This document shows positions 53,191 to 64,000 of a DNA stretch of 64,000 nucleotides, in pieces. The translations under genes and the position numbers were made by a program. Position 1 is the stretch's first letter. Each line of letters begins with the position of its first letter. This stretch comes from Octopus vulgaris. Taxonomy: Eukaryota. The notes under the pieces were generated by a model, which made no database searches, had not been told where the DNA came from, and saw only the letters and a list, made by a program, of their open reading frames with translations. The stretch lies in the NCBI GenBank assembly GCA_951406725.2, contig OX597818.1, positions 103,540,001-103,604,000 on the forward strand. Direction: 5' to 3'.

Positions 53191-53406
53191 ATGGCTAAAA
53201 ACAAAGATATTAGAGTTTCTGGAAAACAGAAAATAACTAAGCTTTTAAGTGATGTCACGACCGCTTTGAACATTTTGAAGCAGCTAGGCCGAGATCATCG
53301 AACAATCAAGAAAATAATTGAAGATATAACAAAGGACAGGAAACGAAGGTCTGGAAAGGGATTCAAAAATTTGTCCACGAGAGATAAACGTCAGCTGAAA
53401 CAATGA
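53191..53406 (+). pseudogene. N-terminal HTH fragment of a Tc1-family transposase
   Basis: MAKNKDIRVSGKQKITKLL..ILKQLGRDHRTIKKII..RKRRSGKG..LSTRDKRQLKQ resembles the Tc1-like paired/HTH N-terminus. Ends next to the LINE ORF1 fragment. Confidence 0.65.
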
Positions 53407-53429
53407 GGCCTTTTGCCCTCAGTCATGAT

Positions 53430-54185
53430 TAGGTATCACCGTTTTGGAGACAGATGTGACCCGGGATTTGGGGTCTGATCTGGGGGAAGTATCTCCAGGT
53501 CAACCCCGGACCTGTCATCCCTGAATATTCTTGTTTTCTCAATAGGAACAGTATCCGTACCTCCACGATTACGCATCCCAGAAGCCACCATGTATCTGGT
53601 TCTGGGGGATTTTAGCAATGCGAACACGCGCTGTACGTTTCCCCATGTGGGGCGGGGTACATGATGACTTTCCTGGTTTCCAAGGGCGTCATTGAATGTT
53701 TCTCAGCGAGGGCTTCTGATTTAAACAGCACCGAAATGGTGCCAAATTGTTTGCCCTTCGCTATATATTCGATATCATTCCTTATGCACCTCAGCGCCGC
53801 CTCAATATCTATTTGCGCTATCAAAGCAGCTCTTTTTGTGTCTGCTGAGATGCATCTGAAAAGCATCGTTCTCTGCACTGCTTCAATTGTCTCTGACGGA
53901 ATCGTGAGATCTGCCCAATTGTTCTCATGTTTAATTAACTTCCATGCCTCCCTATGTGTGAGGTCTACTATTTTTGATATAGTTTTATTTGCATTGTTTT
54001 CGTTGTTGTTTTTGTTGTTGTCACTATTGCTACTGCTGCTTCTCCCGTTGCTGTCTTCTACTTCTTCTTCCAATCAGGACTCCGGCCATTGGCCACAAAG
54101 AATAATCTCTAATTCGAGCCTACTCTAAGCTACTTAGAATGCGTGCGGCAACTTGAAGATTCACGCACCACACGCGATAGACTGG
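53430..54185 (-). mobile_element. 5' region and ORF1 N-terminus of a probable Tx1/L1-clade LINE
   Basis: ORF 53612..54073 continues after a frameshift as MGKRTARVRIAKIPPE, resembling the ORF1 RRM-like VxVxxIP segment. GC-richer than flanks; no motif-level proof. Confidence 0.5.
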
Positions 54186-54349
54186 CGGTTGCACGGGCGC
54201 GAAAGTTACGTTGTTATCCTCATTCCGTAAACGGTGGCTTTTAACGGGTGGGATGCTGAAACATTCTAGGGTACAGAGGATTCACAAACTAGACTAGGGC
54301 CTGAAAGTTTACCACACCATAGTGGGTTACACCATGGTTGCTCTGCTTT

Positions 54350-54535
54350 GTGGCAGAAGTAGGAAGAAAGAGTGAGAGAAAATTGTGGTGAAAGATTACA
54401 GCGGGGTTCGCCAGTCCCACTGCCGGAACATCGTGGAGCTTAGGTGTTTTTGCTCAATAAACACTCTGGGAATCAAAACCACTTTCTTACGACCGCCAGT
54501 CCGCTGCCCTAACCACTGGACCATTGCGCCTCCAC
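54350..54535 (-). mobile_element. SINE family B head + middle module
   Basis: CCGCTGCCCTAACCACTGGACCATTGCGCCTCCAC and GGAGCTTAGGTGTTTTTGCTCAATAAACAC match the 8405-8721 copy. Confidence 0.85.
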
Positions 54536-55154
54536 TTCCCATTGTTGTCGTTTCTATCGATGTCGATGGTATTGGTTTTGTTGTTGTCGCTGTCGTCACT
54601 TTTGCTCTCGTTGGTGTTGTTATTGTTGTTACCATCGCTACTCCCACTGCTGTGGCTTTCACTTTCATGGTTGTCACTACTCTCACTACTTCTACTGTTG
54701 CGGCTGCTGTCGTCATTTCTACTGCTGTTAGCATTTCTACTACTATTGTTATTACGGCTCATTGTACTTGCGCCATGTCAGTTTTGTTCTTCTCCTCCTC
54801 CCCTTCCCATGTATTGTTACCGTGATACAAAGAAGGGGTGAGAAGTCTTCATCTATTACCATATTCGTAGGAGGATTTGTTTTGTTTTTCCTCACATCTT
54901 TCAAGAGGCGTTCCGCCATCTTGTGGATTTGTATTGATTCCATTAACTTTTAACGCGCACCAGATTTATTTGGTGTGCTTCTGTTCACAACTTGGAATAA
55001 AATAATGATTGCAAAAGTACACCAAACCTGGTTTAAATAAATATTTTGAAATGAACTTGAAGCGTTCGAAAACACGGTCGATGTGTTTCGCAGCATATAA
55101 AACAACAACAACAATATTAATAATAATAATAATGATAATGGTAAGAATACCCTA

Positions 55155-55193
<39 letters not shown>

Positions 55194-55276
55194 ATCACGG
55201 GACCGACCGTGCTATCAGATGTCACAATGCGTATATATGTATATATATATATATATATATCTATATAGATATATAT

Positions 55277-55307
<31 letters not shown>

Positions 55308-55544
55308 ATCAGTTACTTGAAAAGATATGCACCAGGTAGGATTGGATAAACCTACTGCTCCGGTAGGAAGTATCAAATAGGATTTCCCGGTGGTGTACCG
55401 AAAGAAAACCACCCATACTAGTATTTAACACCTAGGAGCTGGTTCAATGTACAATTTATTTTGAATTTTACGTTGTTGGTATACTCTAGGGTGTTAGGCA
55501 CCTAAATGCTCTTGGTGTATTATAATTAAATAAATAAAAACTTA

Positions 55545-56409
55545 CGATGGATAACTGCTTCTGACGCATCATTTGCTGCCAACATCCCCTACGCGGAGGC
55601 CTGGGCGGGCTTTACTAATGATGCGCAGTCATATGCTGAGGCTGCGGCATCTCCAGATATTCTGCCTAAATGGTGAACAGGTGTGGTCACCTTTGGTTAA
55701 ATAGACTTTTCCACAAGTCGTCTCCTTGACTGAGCTGCAGTCCTGGGTCAAGAGGAGACCAAGGAAGGGTGACTGGCATTTGAAATGTTGCCAGGCTCTT
55801 ACTGCCGTGTATTAGGAGGGCAATGCCATCAGTGGAACATCCACTCTTCAGTTCTATAGAGGATTAGTGGAGAGAAAGCGCGATGGCGCACTTGGACAGA
55901 CGCTAAGTGTTGACGACATCGAACTGACCACTCTGCCCAGGAGAAATTCGGAGACGGGGATGATGGATAACTTCCAGAAACCCCTTGCTTGGCAGTGCTA
56001 CCGGAAGGCACTGCCAGTTCGTGATAAACTCTGCAGGTACAAAAGTGCTGTCAGATGGACCTGCTCGAGATGCGCGCAGAGCGACGAAACCGTTCTGTAC
56101 GCACCCGTCCAGTGTCCTTGAATGTAGCGAAAATGGCACGTTTGAGAGGACCTACCCTAATAATGCGCCTGTAGGCTAGTTAATTTGAGAGGGGGGACAA
56201 TGCCCTTCCCAAATGTCCTCGAAGCGTCAAGTTGTTCAGGACTGGTGGGGTAAATAGCCAACACTATTGGAGACATTCATTGTTATATTCTTTTGCTGGA
56301 TATCGTTGTTACTCTTTTATTTGTGTACGCGTTATTTCTATGCAAAATCCCCATTGTCTATGTCTACTGTAGCGTCCCCTCTATGTCAGCCCTAGTGGCT
56401 AAAAAAAGA

Positions 56410-56412
<3 letters not shown>
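55545..56412 (+). mobile_element. 3' end of a Tx1/L1-clade LINE ORF2 (zf-RVT region) with 3' UTR, ending in (AAT)n
   Basis: ORF 55867..56121: LAWQCYRKALPVRDKL..CSRCAQSDETVLYAPVQCP = W..LP..CxxC..ETxxHxxxxC zf-RVT pattern with H changed to Y. T-rich UTR then AAGAAATAATAA. Confidence 0.8.
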
Positions 56413-56486
<74 letters not shown>

Positions 56487-56959
56487 TAAATGATGATGAT
56501 GATGAAGGGAGCCGGAAGTTAGAAATCTATATAGGTAAAATATATTAAGAGAGTAGTGTATCAGAATACCACTTACTAGAAATGGGAGCTAGCACACCAG
56601 AAAACCCAGATTTCTCCGTATTAAAATAAACATAGTGATTGCCACGAATATAACACACTATTTGCTGTTATATTCTCTGCATTCACCGTATGTATTTCAA
56701 TAGTGAGAATTTGGTGGTTTGGGAGTGTTAACTCTTATTTCTTGCAAGTGGAATTATGATACTCTACTTAATTTCTATGAAAATGAACACACATGAGTTG
56801 ATATGTATAAGCAAAATAAGACAAGGTAGAAAATACTAAAATAATTTTATCAGGAAGAACATTTTCTGGTGTTATAATCTTTAATATCTTTTTTCCCTAA
56901 AACTTGCATGACTGAATACATACATACATACATATATATATATACACTATACAATACTA

Positions 56960-57950
56960 TTCAGCTCCTTTGCTGCCAACATTCCAAGAGACACTTTAGC
57001 ACAAGTCATATTTCCTTTATCTTCCACTCACTGTATCATACCCGTTTTCTCAAAAACGCATATTTCTCCCTCTTTTTGATTTCTGTTCGTAATCCTCTGT
57101 ACTTGTTTCATCACTTGTGTCAAAATACAAAATTATTTGCGTCATCTTATTTTACGATCTACTGAGCTGGTAACATTTACTTAGTTGCTTTTTCGCATTT
57201 TCTTATTTTAACGATTTCTACGGATGCTTTATTAACTTCGTACGTTAGTATGCAAGTCCGTTCAGTTTTCTCCTGCCTGAGATGTGCCACATTTATTTAT
57301 TTTTTATTTCCCAATTTTAGTTTTAAAACACTGCAATTTATTTCACAACTGCATGCATAAAATGAAGTTTTCTCGTACATGAATGCTATTGTTCTGCACT
57401 TGCACACGCATCAATGAAGCTTTTCAACTTTCTCTTGCTTGCCAATGTGCTACACGAATTTGTTTTCTCACACACACGCTCTTTCCTCCTCATTAATGTC
57501 ACAAACGCCTAAACAAAGACTCATACAGCAATAACGGCAACATTTCACGCAACTTCACAAGGATTCAACACTTCCACACATCCATTCTCATACTTACACC
57601 CTTCACGCATACACATGCACAATTACCCTAGTAACTACCCCAAGAAATAGAGGCATTCCAATGCATGCATCTACATACCCACCTCTTTCTTACGTTTTAA
57701 CTTACCACATAGAAATGCATTACCTCTTGATCTTTACCATTTGTATTATATATGTATCTTTAGACATTTTATAAACAATTTCTTATCTGAACTCCTTTCT
57801 GTTACCCTCTTTCTTACTATTCTCTCGAGGGAGACCTGACGTCCAAACATTATTCATACTTTCACCTTCAAGCTATTCGAGAGTTAAACAGACACAGTTT
57901 TAAGAAACCTTTGATTTTCTGGTTTTATTCCTAAAGCTTGCATGCCTGAA
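56960..57950 (+). mobile_element. Possible very old Neptune/Penelope remnant
   Basis: C/T- and C/A-rich composition like the 30735-32270 element, and a pLTR-like end before (TA)n. No clean motif. Confidence 0.25.
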
Positions 57951-57958
57951 TACATATG

Positions 57959-58030
<72 letters not shown>

Positions 58031-58339
58031 TCACAGACAAAGATACACAAATATATAAATTCGCAATCATATAACGTGTGGAGTTACGTATCCTGAGCAT
58101 ACATAACTAAAAGTAAAATGTATGAACATGAAGCATTATGAGTGATTGTGAACAAATCTCGGGAAACCGATATGCATAACAAATGCACTTGTTTCCTTTG
58201 AAAACTCGCCAGTGTTTGTGTGGGTAGAGACGTTGAGAGTCATATACAGTTAGAAAAGGATGATGAAGGATTAACACTAGAAAGGTAATTACTGCTGATG
58301 AAGTAGTTGAAAAAATGATGCTACTGTTGTTATTGGTGG

Positions 58340-59430
58340 TTGTTTTGAGGACACCTATATCCACCTCATGTAGGTTTCTGAAGCTTTTTCAGAAGACTTT
58401 GAAGACAGTAAGCTCTTGAAATATAAGCCGTTGCATTATCTTGTACTCTATGTCGTGATGGCAATGTGGGGATCTTTAACACTATTTAGTGGTGCCTTGT
58501 TCTGCTGTTTGTGCAACTTTCAGTGTGAATATTTGGCATAAGTTCTTCCAAGATTTCACAGATATATGTCACTGCCTATCTTTCTCATATTCGTTCTAGA
58601 GTGAATTGTTTTTACTTTTTAAGCCTCTCCCAGTAGCTGATAATCCGTATTGAGTTGATATCATTGCGTAGCTCGCTGGATTATTTCGCGTTGCGCTGTT
58701 AACTGTACACTGTGTGGTGATCGAATTTAAGAGCAGTAGTCAAAGCGGCTGAAGTCAGATGTCCTCCTGAAGACAATCGATCTTTCCTGTTCTCTCCTTT
58801 CTCTCCTTCTGGAAGTTCGAATTGTCAAACGACTGAATTCCATTGCCAATTCAGGAATATGATCCTGAAAACATGCATCGTTGCTCATGTCAATGGCCAG
58901 GTCAGGCACCGATTTGATCCAGGAATCACAGTAATTCCTAGATGTGTATATGCTGTCTGCATTTCATTCAGTTTTGTGTGTTGTTAGTGAAGGGCTTGGA
59001 AATTTCCAGCGTTAAAATTCATGTGTGTGTGTGTGCGCGCGTGCTTCCCCAGCCCTTCAATACATTACTTCCAACACCTGCTGCAGGTGTGCTCTATCGC
59101 CAGTATTCTGCATCCTATGAGAGACATTGCATCTTACTGTATCGTCTGCATAGCTAGCAAGAAAGGCTACTTCAGCATCTGACGCCATGTGTTAGTGAGT
59201 CACTATTAACAGCAGTGCCTGAAAAAACTGGTCTATGGAACACTGCTCATTATTTGCGTTTCCTTCGTGGTAACCCAGTTGGCTATTACTATCTGAATTT
59301 TATAATTTAGTAAGTCGTATAAACACTCGACAATTTTACCGACCATGGCATGATTACGCAGCTTGTAACATATCAGGCCATGGTCGACTTTATTACAGGC
59401 TTTTGCAAAGTCGATATATATATATATCAC
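58340..59430 (-). mobile_element. Decayed CR1/L2-like LINE RT fragment
   Basis: IYIDFAKACNKVDHGLICYKL..QIVIAN..SSVP (59233..59430, DFxKAFDKVDH motif) and VPDLAIDMSNDACFQDHI (58727..58909). Confidence 0.8.
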
Positions 59431-60946
59431 ACCTACAATGGAACAACATGTTATCTTGTCTCGTATGAGATGAACTGGACCTGTTATTAGAATGAAAGAC
59501 GAGCGTTTGCCAAAGCGTCTTTAGTGAGTGACTACAACATATGCCGTGGAAAAGGTATAATGACTGTGTGAAGAAAAACCTGGTTGAAATCGATTTTTAT
59601 CGCTAGCCGCGGTGCCACGGGAAAAATAAGTTGCCAGAAACACAGCCATGGTTGTGACCAATATCCTCCTAAAATTGGAGCGGCATACGTGCTAATGTGG
59701 GGATGTGCATAAAGTACATTAACGTACGTACACACACATCCTGCACCTTATAGATATAGATACGCACACGTGTGCATTTCGTATGTATATACAGATGGAT
59801 GCATGGATGGATGTGTTAATAAACTGCAATATGATACTATTACATACGTATATAAGCTTAACAGAATACCACTAATCACAATTTCGATATACGAAGAAGT
59901 GTGTGGCGCTTTAGTTGTGTGTTAATTCGTTTGAAGATTTCTATTCTGACAAGATCAGGCAGCATATTTTACACTAATGACTTGTGTTTTGTATTCGGCA
60001 TAATTTGTGTCTAGCCTACACGACGTAGCGAGTCTGCAATTATCTGAAACACGGAAAATAATTAACAGGTGTCATTGCTATGAACATGACAAATTCAAAA
60101 CTAAATGATTTCTCAGTGATAATATTTTCCAGTCTAAATTAAAGCTTCGGTGTTTCTATTTTACAAAGACGAGATTATTTCAACATGAAACACACGTGTA
60201 TTTTACGTAGATATTAGTTTGGATCAGTGGAATTCAAAGCCTGAGTATATCGAAGTCAGAATTTAAAGAAATATAACTAAAATGCTGAATACAATATTTT
60301 ACATTAGCGCACAGATTTCGTTTACCACTTCCTTGACTGTTATTCATAATCATGTATGTATTTCATTGTTCGACCGGGTAGTAATAACAGTAAAATTCAT
60401 TGGAATACCACTACTCTCTCATACACTGATTGGAAGAGGTTCTTTTAACGAAGTTATCAAACGTCTTAACGAAATTATCGACAAATTACGTTTAAATTGC
60501 CTCATTATGGCTACTAGATATGTTTATGTATTAGAGTTAAGCACCACAGACAAGAATTAATTTCTTGAATGAAAGTAGAATTAAAAACGCTTTCAAAAGT
60601 TGTACTTTAATGCAATTCTAAATGGCAAACTATTTTTGTTTCTTTTTATGTTCAAAAATATTTAATTATTACTCTAGAAAATTTAATGTGGTACTAATCT
60701 ATGAAGTTACGTTAACTTCTAGACATAGCTACATTGGCATCAGGTTGCGCAGTGAGTGCAATTAGTATAGTTGCCGGCATAATCAATAGCGCCGTTTGCT
60801 ACATCTCACCATTTTCTCCTATGTACTAGCCTGTGGTGGACAAATATGTAATTTGAAAAGACTTTTGTAACGAAGCAATAGAATGAGAGTGAGGTGTGCA
60901 TGTGTTTGCGATTGTGTGTACGCATGTATGTGCGCGTGTCCACGTT

Positions 60947-61015
<69 letters not shown>

Positions 61016-61149
61016 GAAACATGTGATAGTGCATAATTTATTCACTGATTCTTTTATGTTTTCTCTCAGATCAAGTTAGGCTACGTAAATTTTTCTGACC
61101 ATAATCTGGCAATAACAGTATACTATCATTCACTGATAAACCTTATCTA

Positions 61150-61533
61150 TTGGATTGTCCGGAAAGTTCGTGCCGATTTTTAAAGGAAAGAAAAATATCA
61201 ATAAATACTTGCCATTATATTTTTAATCAAACAAATATGAACCATTTTCTTGCACAATGCATCTCCATGTGTCCTTTATCTTGAAAATACCCTCTTCCCA
61301 GAATTGAGGTGGTTTCATGGCAAAGAATTCATCAAGGTATCTTTTTACATCACCCAAGGAATTGAAATTTTTACTATTAAGACTATTCTGCAGAGACCTG
61401 AACAAGTGGAAATCCGAAGGAGCAATATCTGGTGAATATGGATGGTGGAGTAACACTTCCCAACCGAGCTGCAACAATTGTTTACTGCTTCCCAAAGCAC
61501 CAAGTGCCGAAAATGAACTTTCTTACCTTCCAT
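61150..61533 (-). mobile_element. Internally deleted copy of mariner family 2
   Basis: TA|TTGGATTGTCCGGAAAGTTCGTGCCGAT TIR. ORF 61223..61495 HHPYSPDIAPSDFHLFRSLQNSL is joined directly to the N-terminal (Y/M)EGKKVHFRHL segment. Confidence 0.92.
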
Positions 61534-61534
61534 A

Positions 61535-61830
61535 CACACACGCACCCACACACATTCCTTGTCTTTGAAACTCTCTTGTTTTTAAAAATCATGATTCGTC
61601 TACCTCTCAACTTCTGTTCTTTCAACATGTGATCTCTTGAGCACCACCAGCTAAAATATGTTTTTCCTCTGTCTTCCCTTCTTGGGATCTTTCCTTCTCC
61701 TTGTTTCAGACGAAGAGCTCTGCTCGAAGCGTTAAACCCTCCTTCCCTTCTTTCCTGAGCGTCTAATAATACTTTAATTGTTCCACGTCCTCGCGTTGCT
61801 GTGTTTTTTTCTGTGTTTTCTTGTTTGGAT

Positions 61831-61835
<5 letters not shown>
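61535..61835 (+). mobile_element. Neptune/Penelope-type pLTR with mutated hammerhead
   Basis: GTTT-CAGACGA-A-GAGC-TCT-GCTC-GAAG-CG-TT-AAAC (61703-61737). Downstream TTCCTGAGCGTCTAATAATA resembles the 30800 pLTR; ends in (TA)n. Confidence 0.65.
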
Positions 61836-61865
<30 letters not shown>

Positions 61866-61890
61866 GCAAGGATGACAAGTGTGTTTGTGC

Positions 61891-61928
<38 letters not shown>

Positions 61929-62144
61929 ATGGTGAATAATAAGCATGGCAAGTTAGCTGTCATAAAGGCACTCCTTTATGACAACTAGCTTGTTTGTATC
62001 CAGCCAGGTCAAAACCAGGTCAAAAAACAAAGGGACGCACTTGCCTATATGTATATATATAAATACACACAAAACACACACACACATATATATATATATA
62101 CACAAATATATCAATATGCATATATATTTATCCATACATCTATG

Positions 62145-62330
62145 TTCGTGCTCGTCTCCAGTCACCACTTGACAACCGTTGTTAATGTCTATACGACCGA
62201 AAACGTAGGGGCTCGGCACAAAAAACGTTTGAATAAGTACTAGGGTCAAGAAATAAGTTCGAATAAAAACTTACTAGGTGGTGCCCCACCATGGTCGGAG
62301 TTAAATCACTAAAACAAGCAAAGGAATAAA
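62145..62330 (+). mobile_element. Decayed SINE family A 3' half
   Basis: CTTGACAACCG..TCGGCACAAAAA..GAATAAGTACTAGG..GGTGCCCCACCATGGTCGGAGT..ACTAAAACAAG. Confidence 0.65.
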
Positions 62331-62742
62331 ACGTGCTTATACTGTCTCCTTCATAAGATCGTCTTCCTCGCGTTCAGAATATTTTTTCTATCGTCTTGGC
62401 TTAAACACCTTCACCGTTTGTTTTTACTCTTTTGTTCTCACTGTACTTTTCTTGTTACAAATTTCACCCTCCGCAAAAACATTCGAAATTTTATTTAATT
62501 TGCTTTGCGGAAAGAACTGTTTCAACGAAGTCGCATCTTGTCCTTGCCTTCTTAACGTGGAGTAGGTGAAACAGACGCAACTGAGGAAGGGGAATATTCT
62601 TTATGTGGTATGTTTCGTTTCTCTGTTTGTATTTTTCGTTGTTCGGAAAAAAATTTCGTTTCTATGTTTTTGATCTTATGTTTTCGTTTCTCATTGTGTT
62701 CAACGTTTTTTTCGAGCCTTGTGCCCAGAGTAGAAAAGTATG

Positions 62743-62780
<38 letters not shown>

Positions 62781-62950
62781 ACGGTTGAGAACATAAATGC
62801 AATGCAGGGTGGGAAAATAGCACTCGAAAATCGATGGTAGGCTAGTATGCTTTTGTTGAAGCTACAATATGAAGACTATTACTCAGACTTTTACGATCTA
62901 GTTTATTGGACAATTGTGAATGAACACAAATGCCTGACAAACATGAATGT

Positions 62951-63734
62951 GAGATATTTTCCTTTTGAACGGCAGATGTCAACACAATTTCTTGTTAACT
63001 AAACACTTTTAGACTTCGTATACTGGTAGAATGTGTTTATAAAACATCATTTTCTCTTGGTTTTATTGAGAAAATTCTATAGTTTGTAAGATATTTCGTC
63101 TGAAAATCCGAGCATTTCGGCAATTTTAACCAACCGATTAGCTCCATTTAGGTAAACAACATTTGTTGCGTCTAAAACTGAGACAACATCCTGTAACTAA
63201 CCCTAATTTTTTTTTCTTAATTGTTAAATTGATTTAATTGTTACGCGTGTAAAACAAAAACTAAAGCAATGGAAAATAATTTAGATAATTAACATACAAA
63301 ATAATTCTATAATTTTACACACACTTACCGTACGTATACGGAAAGCGTATGTTACGGAAAGCGTGTGTATAAAATTACAGAATTATTTTTTATGTTAATT
63401 GTTTAAATTATGTTCCATTGCTTTATTTTTTTTTACATGCGTAACAATTAAATTAATTTAACAATTAAGAAAAAAAAATTAGGGTTAGGGGAGAGGGAAG
63501 GTTAGTTACAGGATGTTGTCTCAGTTTTAGACGTAGCAAATGATTTTAGCTAAAAAGAGAGCATAGGATTGGTTAAAATTCGAAAAATGAAACTACGTTA
63601 AACAAACGAATAACAAATTTATCAAGAAAGCCAAGTGAAAATAATGTTTTCTTTTGACACATTCTACCAGTATACGAAGTTTTAAAGTGTTTAGTTAACT
63701 AGAAATTGTCTGCCGTTCAAAAGGAAAAGATCCC
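62951..63734. mobile_element. 784-bp foldback MITE, same family as 45436-45860, with 6-bp TSD GAATGT
   Basis: GAATGT|GAGATATTTTCCTTTTGAACGGCAGA ... TCTGCCGTTCAAAAGGAAAAGATCCC|GAATGT. Arms are inverted along most of the length (centre ~63345); TAACCCTAA / TTAGGGTTAGGG internal. Confidence 0.9.
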
Positions 63735-64000
63735 GAATGTGTACTGCGATTAACAACCTGGTGATAATTTTGCAGCTAGTAGCTGTCATTTATATTATTC
63801 ACTAATAACATATCAAACAATTTACTGTTTTTTTTAATTTTTTGTATTAAACATCTGCAAGGATATTTTTCTCTTTTTCATCTACGTATGGTTATGTTAT
63901 TTCTAAGAATTTTAATTGACTTGACGTTTATTTTAACTGACTTGATGTGTACGCGATAATTTTTTCATTCACTCACTTCAGTTTTTACTTTGAAATATTA

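Noticed and set aside
58290-58330. CTGATGA-A-GTAG..CTAC
   Set aside because: No GAAA follows the stem. The same applies to CTGANGA hits at ~2599, 47949, 50081 and 62581.

Overview
AT-rich, microsatellite-laden animal DNA. The SINE repertoire (tRNA-Arg-like heads, Nin-domain SINEs) suggests an Octopus/coleoid intron or intergenic region; that is inference. I found no intact host gene, and most listed ORFs are microsatellite translations. The window is a mobile-element graveyard: two full-length decayed mariners plus an internally deleted copy, a complete-ended 940-bp Helitron derivative, a Tc1 N-terminus, nested MITEs (one family with apparent 6-bp TSDs and internal CCCTAA/TTAGGG repeats), CR1/L2-like, RTE, Tx1/L1 and R4/Dong LINE fragments, a Neptune-type Penelope GIY-YIG remnant, and three SINE families. 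The most interesting hidden layer is RNA structure. There are minimal type-I hammerhead ribozymes (a canonical one at 21264-21321, a near-canonical one at 42727-42771, several decayed). There is also a head-to-head pair of composite elements built as tRNA-like Pol III head + trinucleotide microsatellite + hammerhead tail (43818-44930), a candidate Penelope-mobilised, ribozyme-bearing SINE. A Nin-domain SINE appears to share its 3' tail with the Tx1-like LINE.
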